A stretch of 64,000 nucleotides of DNA, taken from assembly GCF_009914755.1 (NCBI RefSeq), contig NC_060943.1; one strand, 5' to 3'. The stretch comes from the human T2T-CHM13v2.0 reference genome, Homo sapiens. Made by a program: the position numbers and the translations under genes. Below, in pieces: positions 53,271-64,000 of this stretch. The notes under the pieces were generated by a model. It had not been told where the DNA came from and searched no databases. It saw only the letters and a program-made list of their open reading frames with translations. Positions within the stretch are counted from its first letter, which is position 1. Every line of letters starts with the position of its first letter.

Positions 53271-54439
53271 ATGTATTTCATTCAGAAAATGCTGGAAAAA
53301 GCATTTAGGAGAATATCTAGATGAGAGAAGGTAGAAAGCCATGCACAAATTCACTGAGAGTTTAAAAAAATGCATGCATATTGTGGAGATAGAAATCAAA
53401 TCTATTTGTTTCCATCTGCTGTATTCTTCCCAAAATATTATCTCTTCTTATCCCATTGTACTATATTGCATTTCTTTGACCATTTATTGTGTATCTCTTA
53501 ATATTTCCCACTTCATCATTACTAACCTCACTCACTCTGAACTTGATGAGAGCACCTGAGCATTAATTTTTCTTATAATTATTTAATGATTACCAGAATT
53601 CGTTCAGTATGGCCAGCTCTGGTCAAAGTGAGGCAGGCAAGATGCTTTGTCAACTGCCTGGATGGAATGTCTCAAAAGGTTTCCATTTCATGGTAGCATT
53701 ATGCAAAGTTCAAGACGTTTAATCAAGACCCTTCACTTACTTAACTATACCTCCTTGAGAATCCCATCTATGAAAAAATTCTAGTCATTATAAAAATGAT
53801 TGATTAAATGAGGGAAGTAGTAGAGTTCTTCATTTCTTTAGTTGGTTTAGTCTCCTATGAGTCAATCCTAGTTTTCAAAATTCTTAATAAACCATTTATT
53901 CCTTCAACTTTCTATGCCATTTGATGTTTTGTAAAAAAAAATGTAATATGTATACAAAAAGATATTTCAAAATCTAGAAAGAGAGCTTTAGAGCTTTGTA
54001 AAGCTCTTTTAAAAATCAAAAGCAACTACTGTTAATTAACATGTTGTACTATGCAATTTCTTTACCATTATTACTCTTAGTATTTTTAAGAAAAGTCTTT
54101 CCATTGTTATTATAAATGCTTCTATTGATATTTATTTTAATAACTGTTATTACAGTCCGTCATGTACATACACTATACTTAAACCTAATGTTTGGTATTT
54201 AAATCGTTTCAAGATTTTATCACTGTCAACAAAGTATGATGAATATTTTTATGCTGAAAACTTCTGTAAAAATAGAATTCCAAGAGTATTATTGCACCAA
54301 AAGGCATGGACTTAACATTCTTGATACATGATTTCAAAATATTTTCTTTAAGGTTTGAATCAGTCTATATTCCCTCCAGCAGCGTATAAAAGTGCCAATT
54401 TCTCTGATCCTTAGCCAGTTTGGGTAATAAAAATTGTAA

Positions 54440-54743
<304 letters not shown>

Positions 54744-55539
54744 TGTAAAACTTTTTCCTAATGTAACAGAAACATAATAGTATTACATTTTATCATATTT
54801 CTTTGATTTCTAAGACACACATACACACACACACACACACACATATCTGTATATACAAATACACGTATAGCTTACATTTTAATTCTTCCTTCATTTCATT
54901 TGTTCATTTATTAGGTCTTGGAGATTTTGTGAAACTGTTTAAATTCTTTTTTATACTATGAAGATATCAACCTTTTGTCTCTACAGCATTTCAAATTCAA
55001 GTATGATTCACGTGTTAGTTTGGGGTAGATCATTATAGGCACATGTAGGAAACAGCTTTCAGAGATGCCTTAACCGTAATTATGCATTTGTATTCTAATT
55101 TTTATTTAATGTTATTATTGATTGCATTTTTAAAGATTCTGTATTTTTTAAACCATTTATTTGTATATATTGGTATACAATCTTGCCATTTTCTGGGATT
55201 TCATATTTCCTTATTTTTGTTTTTTACCTTTTTTGGCTTGAATTTTTTGAGTTTTTATGCATTCTTTTCCAGTTTCTTAAGATGCTAATAAGTTCATCTA
55301 TTTGAGCAATTGAGAACATTTAAAGCAATAGACTGCCTCTGAGCACAGCTTTGTCCATATTACATTAACCTTTTATACCCTGGGTTCCCACTAGTTTTTA
55401 AATAATCTACTATCAAATAAAAGATTTGTTAATAATAAATTTTAAATCATTAACACTTAACGCATTATTTTCAGTCACACTAAGTTGATTCCTTCGTTTC
55501 TTTCAGGTTGCTTCACAGTCTTCCCTTCTATCTGATTCA

Positions 55540-56477
55540 GTGGACCAAGTAAATGACTCTCTGGTAACAGAATTTGTATTACTTGGACTTGCACAATCCT
55601 TGGAAATGCAGTTTTTCCTTTTTCTCTTCTTCTCTTTATTCTATGTGGGAATTATCCTGGGAAACCTCTTCATTGTGTTCACAGTGATCTTTGATCCTCA
55701 CTTACACTCCCCCATGTATATTCTGCTGGCCAACCTATCGCTCATTGACTTGAGCCTTTCATCTACCACAGTTCCTAGGTTGATCTACGATCTTTTTACT
55801 GATTGTAAAGTTATTTCCTTCCATAATTGTATGATACAAAAGTTCTTTATCCATGTTACGGGAGGAGTTGAAATGGTGCTGCTGATAGTCATGGAATATG
55901 ATAGGTACACTGCGATCTGCAAGCCTCTCCACTATCCAACTATTATGAATCCCAAAATGTGCATGTTTTTGGTAGCAGCAGCTTGGGTCATTGGGGTGAT
56001 TCATGCTATGTCTCAGTTTGTTTTTGTCATAAATTAACCTTCTGTGGCCCTAATAATGTGGGGAGCTTTTATTGTGATTTTCCTCGGGTTATTAAACTTG
56101 CATGCATGGACACTTACGGGCTAGAATTTGTGGTCACTGCCAACAGTGGATTCATATCGATGGGCACCTTCTTTTTCTTAATTGTATCATACATTTTTAT
56201 TCTGGTCACTGTCCAACGACATTCCTCAAATGATTTATCCAAAGCATTCTTCACTTCGTAGGCTCACATCACCGTAGTGGTTTTGTTTTTTGCTCCATGC
56301 ATGTTTCTCTACGTGTGGCCTTTCCCTACTAAGTCATTGGATAAATTTTTTGCCATCATGAACTTTGTTGTCACCCCTGTCTTAAATCCTGCCATCTATA
56401 CTTTAAGGAACAAAGATATGAAGTTTGCAATGAGAAGGCTGAATCAACATATTTTAAATTCTATGGAGACGACATAA
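55540..56477 (+). pseudogene. OR4G1P: OR4G olfactory receptor pseudogene, near full length
   Basis: Complete 7TM OR motifs ([31 protein letters not shown]). GTG at the start position, 1-bp frameshift at about 56035, TAG at 56259-56261. Splice acceptor ends at 55506. Paralog number inferred. Confidence 0.88.
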
Positions 56478-57015
56478 CACATTTGGTTGATGAGAGCACA
56501 GGATAAATGCCATGGACCATCAAGACTCCTGTGATCACCATGATCACTATGGAACGCGCACATTTTTAGTATTGCCTGAAAAAACTGAAAAATCTGCAAA
56601 AAGGATGCATTAAATCTAAGAATTGTATTTCAGATAAAGTTGCAACATTTTTTGTTAATCATAAAAAGTATATATTTCTATCTAATGTGTGTATCTAATT
56701 AACAGCAATGACTATCTTTAATTTTGATGTAGTTATTTTATATCTGTATATAAGCACATACACATATATATGACCTAGGTTTATTTATCAGTATTTTTAT
56801 GCTGATAATAAGCATCACTGGAAATTAATTTTCTTATGGAAATTATGTGGATCCAATGGATAAAATATGAGTTTATATAAATTAGTAAATGCCAAAATCA
56901 AGGAAGAAACAATTTTTATTTTAATTGTACTTTAAGTTAGATAAATGGTAAGGTCAACAGCTTGTTACAACCCTTAAGTATTATTTTCAGGCTGATTGTC
57001 AATATGTTTTGTACA

Positions 57016-57254
57016 ATGTTCTCACTTATAGGTGGGAATTGAACAATGAGAACACATGGACACAGGAAGGGGAACATCACACACCGGGGCCTGTTGTGGG
57101 GTGGGGGGAAGGGGGAGGGATAGCATTAGGAGATATAACTAGTGTTAAATGACGAGTTAATGGGTGCAGCACACCCACATGGCACATGTATACATATGTA
57201 ACTAACCTGCACATTGTGCACATGTACCCTAGAACTTAAAGTATAATAAAAAAA
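57016..57254 (+). mobile_element. Young L1PA 3' terminal fragment
   Basis: ATGTTCTCACTTATAGGTGGGAATTGAACAATGAG...GTACCCTAGAACTTAAAGTATAATAAAAAAA. Confidence 0.95.
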
Positions 57255-58007
57255 ATAGACTCTAGTACTCTGTATTATGCAAAATTTGTCTATGTTACAC
57301 TTTTTTAACAACACAATCCTATTGCCCTTGAAATCTTCTTCAAAGCATTTCTCGAGTCACTCTTAAAAAGCATCTACAACCTAAAAGTATAGGAAGAGAT
57401 TTATTTCCTGGAGAAGAGACCCCATTGAGATCTTAAAAGCACATATAATGTGCCTGTGCTTAACTTAAGGTGCTTAGGACAAAGAAGGCGATTGACATCT
57501 TTCAGGTAAAACCTGGTAAGTTTGGTGGTCAAGGAACACAACTGAGACATCACTTGGATGTATTTCTATGACTATTTTAAGAAACATAAATTGTGGTGAC
57601 TCACTCAGCTCACTTTTAACTACTGCATGGTAATTAAAGATGCAAAATAAAATAAGTTACAAGAAGTGAGGTTTTTTATTGGTTAAAGCAATTTTTCTAT
57701 ATTTTCTCCGCAAGTTGGTCATAAAAGTTCTAAGCATTCCTCTTTTTATAAAATCGAAGCATTATTACTTACTCTCTTGTTAACCTATCTGGATTTTAAT
57801 TTTGTAACTTTATTATATTTGTTTTGCTGTGATTCTTTAAAAAGCACCTTTAGACTCAGTGAGATAGCAAAAATATCCAAATAGGCCAAAAAATTGTGGC
57901 AATGTCCTCTCACTCAGGAAAATTCTGTGTGTTTTCTCTAATGGCCAAGGGAAAACTTGTGAGACTATAAAAGTTAGTCTCAGTACACAAAGCTCAGACT
58001 GGCTATT

Positions 58008-58162
58008 CCCAGATCTCTTCAGGTACATCTAGTCCATTCATAAAGGGCTTTTAATTAACCAAGTGGTTTACTAAAAAGGACAATTCACTACATATTATTC
58101 TCTTACAGTTTTTATGCCTCATTCTGTGAAAATTGCTGTAGTCTCTTCCAGTTATGAAGAAG
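58008..58162 (+). other. OR4F17: Upstream exons of the OR4F gene (about 58008-58022 and 58109-58162), including coding ATG AAG AAG at 58154-58162
   Basis: CAG|GTAC, TTACAG| and AAG|GTAGGT splice sites; acceptor TTCAAG|GTAACT at 61939 is in frame with the OR CDS. Confidence 0.7.
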
Positions 58163-58746
58163 GTAGGTGGAAACAAAGACAAAACACATATATTAGAAGA
58201 ATGAATGAAATTGTAGCATTTTATTGACAATGAGATGGTTCTATTAGTAGGAATCTATTCTGCATAATTCCATTTTGTGTTTACCTTCTGGAAAAATGAA
58301 AGGATTCTGTATGGTTAACTTAAATACTTAGAGAAATTAATATGAATAATGTTAGCAAGAATAACCCTTGTTATAAGTATTATGCTGGCAACAATTGTCG
58401 AGTCCTCCTCCTCACTCTTCTGGGCTAATTTGTTCTTTTCTCCCCATTTAATAGTCCTTTTCCCCATCTTTCCCCAGGTCCGGTGTTTTCTTACCCACCT
58501 CCTTCCCTCCTTTTTATAATACCAGTGAAACTTGGTTTGGAGCATTTCTTTCACATAAAGGTACAAATCATACTGCTAGAGTTGTGAGGATTTTTACAGC
58601 TTTTGAAAGAATAAACTCATTTTAAAAACAGGAAAGCTAAGGCCCAGAGATTTTTAAATGATATTCCCATGATCACACTGTGAATTTGTGCCAGAACCCA
58701 AATGCCTACTCCCATCTCAGTGAGACTTACTATAAGGACATAAGGC

Positions 58747-59535
58747 ATTTATATATATATATATTATATATACTATATATTTATATATATTACATATTAT
58801 ATATATATAATATATATTATATAATATATAATATAAATATAATATAAATTATATAAATATAATATATATTTTATTATATAATATAATATATATTATATAA
58901 ATATAATATAATATAAATTATATAAATATAATATATATATTATTATATAATATAATATATATTATATAATATATATTATTATATAATATAATATATATTA
59001 TATAATATATATTATTATATAATATAATATATATTATATAATATATTTTATTATATAATATAATATATATTATATAATATAATATATTTTATTATATAAA
59101 TATATATTATATTATATAATATAATATATATTAATATAAATATATATTATATTATATAATATAATATATATTATATAATATAATATATTTTATTATATAA
59201 ATATATATTATATAATATAATATAATATATATTTTATTATATAATATATATTATATATTATAGAATATAATATATATTTTATTATATAATATATATTATA
59301 TATTATAGAATATAATATATATTTTATTATAAAATATATATTATAGAATATAATATATATTTTATTATAAAATATATATTATAGAATATAATATATATTT
59401 TATTATATAATATATATTATAGAATATAATATATATTATATTTATATATAACATATATTATTATATAAAATATGTATAATATATATTATATAAATATATT
59501 TATATATTATATAAATATATATATTATATATAATT
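58747..59535. repeat. About 790-bp AT-rich (TA)n minisatellite in the OR4F intron
   Basis: Almost only A/T, with recurring units such as ATATAATATATATTTTATTAT. Confidence 0.97.
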
Positions 59536-61992
59536 CTAATGGTTGAATTCCAAGAATAATCTATGGCATGAAAGATTTTACCTGTCAACAGTGGCTGGCT
59601 CTTCATGGTTGCTACAATGAGTGTGTAAGATTCTGAAGAACTCCTTTAATAAGCCTAAACTTAATGTTCAACTTAGAATAAATACAATTCTTCTAAATTT
59701 TTTTGAATAATTTTTAAAAAGTCAGAAATGAGCTTTGAAAGAATTATGGTGGTGAAGGATCCCCTCAGCAGCACAAATTCAGGAGAGAGATGTCTTAACT
59801 ACGTTAGCAAGAAATTCCTTTTGCTAAAGAATAGCATTCCTGAATTCTTACTAACAGCCATGATAGAAAGTCTTTTGCTACAGATGAGAACCCTCGGGTC
59901 AACCTCATCCTTGGCATATTTCATGTGAAGATATAACTTCAAGATTGTCCTTGCCTATCAATGAAATGAATTAATTTTATGTCAATGCATATTTAAGGTC
60001 TATTCTAAATTGCACACTTTGATTCAAAAGAAACAGTCCAACCAACCAGTCAGGACAGAAATTATCTCACAATAAAAATCCTATCATTTGTACTGTCAAT
60101 GATTAGTATGATTATATTTATTACAGTGCTAAGCAGAAGAGAACTGAAGTGAATGTTCATGATTTATTCCACTATTAGACTTCTCTTTATTCTTAAAAAT
60201 ATTTAAGATCACTAAATTTTTATAGGACTTTAAAAACAGTAATGTGCTGCTTTGAGTGTGTAGGACTAAGAAATGGGATTCAGAGTAGTAAAGAGAAAAG
60301 TGGAATTTCCAAGCACTATGAATTACTGTTCTTTAAAAAACAGCAAAAATCAAATAACAGTATTCCTCCAAAAAAGATGGCAAGTGTAAACTCTATACCT
60401 TCATGTCTCCCGTGGAATGTTAGTGATCAATTTCCACTTCTCTCTTTTACATCTTACTTGCCCATTAACTCTTATACCTAATCCAAAGATTGTTAATATG
60501 GCTATGCCTCACTTTCAGGACACCTTTTATTTGTTACTTCTCTTCACTGCAAAACTTCTTGAAACAGTACTTATTTTCTCTCCTCCATACACAATTGAAA
60601 TGGCTCTCAACTCATGCCCAGAAGTCAGTGTTCAGTCTCTCACCTGGCAGATAGCAACTTACAAAGATGCCCCAACAATACCTCCTTGTGTCTAGACAGT
60701 CATCATTATCCTTTACCTTTTTCTGTATTTATTTCTGCTCCTAAAAGGGATCTCTATGTAAAGTATTGTTATACTAGTGCTTGTTATAATTATTATCAGA
60801 GTTAAAGCCATCACAATGTTCCCAATTACTTAAAGACATTGGAATAACATTTTTTTTATTTTCCACATCTTGCCAAAAAATATTTTGTTATCAGTACCTT
60901 AATAATGGCTATTATATATTGACCATTACTATTTGCTAGAAAATTTATATACCTGGTCGTATCCAATCCTCACAGAACTTCTATAAAGTTGTGCTATTAT
61001 CACCTATATTTTCCAGATGTGGCCGTAAGACTGAAATCACTTAGGTGACTTGTCTAAGGTCATTCAGATACATAGTAGATAACCCAGGATTTGAACACAG
61101 GCCTCCTAGCACACAAGCTCATATCTTAACTACTTTAATACGTTGCTCGATGGGATCTTACAGGTCTTCATTCACCCCTTTCCTGCTCACACAACCACAA
61201 CCTGCAGTTATTACCTACTGTTAGGCTTAAAATAATTACTTGGCTTCATTTCCAAGCTCCCTCCCTTCCAATTCACATTGAGTCCAGAGCTAAATTAAAC
61301 AATCATTCAAAATTTTTCAGTAGTTCTTGTCTCTATAATAAAACAGAAATGCTTTAGAAAGCATTCCAAAATCTCTTACCAGTTTTATCTCCTATGAAAG
61401 TCCTTCACACTTTCTCTCATTTAAACTTTATTGCATTTTCCTCACTTTTTCTCACTTCACTTTTGAATTCCCTATTCTTTTATCCTCTGTTAATTTTTAA
61501 GTATTATATTTGTGATATTATTTTTTCTTTTTTTCTATTTTTTATCTTTCATTTCATTTTGGCCTATTTTTTTCTCTTAAGAACTTTAATATCACCAAAT
61601 AACATGTGTGCTACAAACTGTTTTGTAGTTCAAAGAAAAAGGAGATAAACATAGAGTTATGGCATAGACTTAATCTGGCAGAGAGACAAGCATAAATAAT
61701 GGTATTTTATATTAGGAATAAACCTAACATTAATGGAGACACTGAGAAGCCGAGATAACTGAATTATAAGGCATAGCCAGGGAAGTAGTGCGAGATAAAA
61801 TTATGATCTTGTTGAATTCTGAATGTCTTTAAGTAATAGATTATAGAAAGTCACTGTAAGAGTGAGCAGAATGATATAAAATGAGGCTTTGAATTTGAAT
61901 ATAATAATTCTGACTTCCTTCTCCTTCTCTTCTTCAAGGTAACTGCAGAGGCTATTTCCTGGAATGAATCAACGAGTGAAACGAATAACTCT

Positions 61993-62910
61993 ATGGTGAC
62001 TGAATTCATTTTTCTGGGTCTCTCTGATTCTCAGGGACTCCAGACCTTCCTATTTATGTTGTTTTTTGTATTCTATGGAGGAATCGTGTTTGGAAACCTT
62101 CTTATTGTCATAACAGTGGTATCTGACTCCCACCTTCACTCTCCCATGTACTTCCTGCTAGCCAACCTCTCACTCATTGATCTGTCTCTGTCTTCAGTCA
62201 CAGCCCCCAAGATGATTACTGACTTTTTCAGCCAGCGCAAAGTCATCTCTTTCAAGGGCTGCCTTGTTCAGATATTTCTCCTTCACTTCTTTGGTGGGAG
62301 TGAGATGGTGATCCTCATAGCCATGGGCTTTGACAGATATATAGCAATATGCAAACCCCTACACTACACTACAATTATGTGTGGCAACGCATGTGTCGGC
62401 ATTATGGCTGTCGCATGGGGAATTGGCTTTCTCCATTCGGTGAGCCAGTTGGCCTTTGCCGTGCACTTACCCTTCTGTGGTCCCAATGAGGTCGATAGTT
62501 TTTATTGTGACCTTCCTAGGGTAATCAAACTTGCCTGTACAGATACCTACAGGCTAGATATTATGGTCATTGCTAACAGTGGTGTGCTCACTGTGTGTTC
62601 TTTTGTTCTTCTAATCATCTCATACACTATCATCCTAATGACCATCCAGCATCGCCCTTTAGATAAGTCGTCCAAAGCTCTGTCCACTTTGACTGCTCAC
62701 ATTACAGTAGTTCTTTTGTTCTTTGGACCATGTGTCTTTATTTATGCCTGGCCATTCCCCATCAAGTCATTAGATAAATTCCTTGCTGTATTTTATTCTG
62801 TGATCACCCCTCTCTTGAACCCAATTATATACACACTGAGGAACAAAGACATGAAGACGGCAATAAGACAGCTGAGAAAATGGGATGCACATTCTAGTGT
62901 AAAGTTTTAG
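61993..62910 (+). CDS. OR4F17: Olfactory receptor 4F (305 aa; 326 aa with the spliced N-terminal extension)
   Basis: Intact ORF with OR motifs [32 protein letters not shown] and PLLNPIIYTLRNKDMK. The residues SQGLQ, AVAWG, HLPFC, QHRPL and IRQLR match OR4F17 rather than OR4F5 or OR4F4, from memory. Confidence 0.92.
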   Translation: MVTEFIFLGLSDSQGLQTFLFMLFFVFYGGIVFGNLLIVITVVSDSHLHSPMYFLLANLSLIDLSLSSVTAPKMITDFFSQRKVISFKGCLVQIFLLHFFGGSEMVILIAMGFDRYIAICKPLHYTTIMCGNACVGIMAVAWGIGFLHSVSQLAFAVHLPFCGPNEVDSFYCDLPRVIKLACTDTYRLDIMVIANSGVLTVCSFVLLIISYTIILMTIQHRPLDKSSKALSTLTAHITVVLLFFGPCVFIYAWPFPIKSLDKFLAVFYSVITPLLNPIIYTLRNKDMKTAIRQLRKWDAHSSVKF

Positions 62911-64000
62911 ATCTTATATAACTGTGAGATTAATCTCAGATAATGACACAAAATATAGTGAAGTTGGTAAGTTATTTAGTAAAGCTCATGAAAATTGTGC
63001 CCTCCATTCCCATATAATTTATTAATTGTCTAGGAACTTCCACATACATTGCCTCAATTTATCTTTCAACAACTTGTGTGTTATATTTTGGAATACAGAT
63101 ACAAAGTTATTATGCTTTCAAAATATTCTTTTGCTAATTCTTAGAACAAAGAAAGGCATAAATATATTAGTATTTGTGTACATCTGTTCCTTCCTGTGTG
63201 ACCCTAAGTTTAGTAGAAGAAAGGAGAGAAAATATAGCCTAGCTTATAAATTTAAAAAAAAATTTATTTGGTCCATTTTGTGAAAAACATAAAAAAAGAA
63301 CTGTCACATCTTAATTTAAAAAATATATGCTTAGTGGTAAGGAGATATATGTCAACTTTTAAGAGGTTGAAAAACAAACGCCTCCCATTATAAGTTTATA
63401 CTTCACCTCCCACCACTATAACAACCCAGAATCCATGAGGGCATTATCAGGAGTGAGTGGAAGAGTAAGTTTGCCAATGTGAAATGTGCCTTCTAGGTCC
63501 TAGACATCTGTGGTATAACTGCTCATAAGCAGTAGAAAGAATTTAGAGGGATCCAGGCTCTCATCACGTTGGCACAAAGTATATTACTTGGATCCATCTA
63601 TGTCATTTTCCATGGTTAATGTTTAAAACCACAGGCTTTAAAGTAAAAAACAAAGAGCTGGATTCAACTCTACTGACTCTTATTAATCATGATTTTGGGC
63701 ACATTACGTAGCTTTCATGAGCTTTAGTTTCTACATTTATAAACAGGAGATTATACCTATTATGCACGGTTATTATGAAGGAAAATGACAAAATAGATAT
63801 AAATCAAATAGCCCACTTCGAGACATATTAAGCATGAATAAACATTAGATACTATTAAAATCCTATATATTAACAAAGCCAAAAGTTTCAAACTTTACTT
63901 TTTCCCAACATTCTTGTGAAATATGACACATCCCAATCTTAACAGATGCTCATTTGGGATACTGTACTTGTGAGTGGAAGTGTGTATATTTGTGTGCAAG

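Overview
Human chromosome-end (p-arm subtelomere) window. Order from the end: (CCCTAA)n telomere with a variant-repeat zone (1-2283), then TAR1 with the TERRA-promoter minisatellites (20 perfect 29-bp units, then 61-bp CTCF repeats), a DDX11L pseudogene (+) converging on a WASH paralog (-) that hosts MIR6859, a CpG island with MIR1302 and its host transcript (+), FAM138 (-), and from about 33.3 kb an AT-rich block with two OR4G pseudogenes and an intact OR4F gene. The OR protein has the residues I recall for OR4F17, so the window is probably the 19p end of a telomere-to-telomere assembly; paralog numbers depend on that recalled match. I found no wholly new system. The best observations are: a WASH copy that splices into a full 465-codon frame broken by one TAG; an AluY with about 19 AT-to-GC changes and none the other way; a polyadenylated LTR12 fragment retroposed with a target-site duplication; a paralogous non-coding element upstream of both OR4G pseudogenes; a spliced N-terminal OR extension overlapped by a uORF; and overlapping bidirectional poly(A) signals. 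Most short ORFs in the track are spurious.
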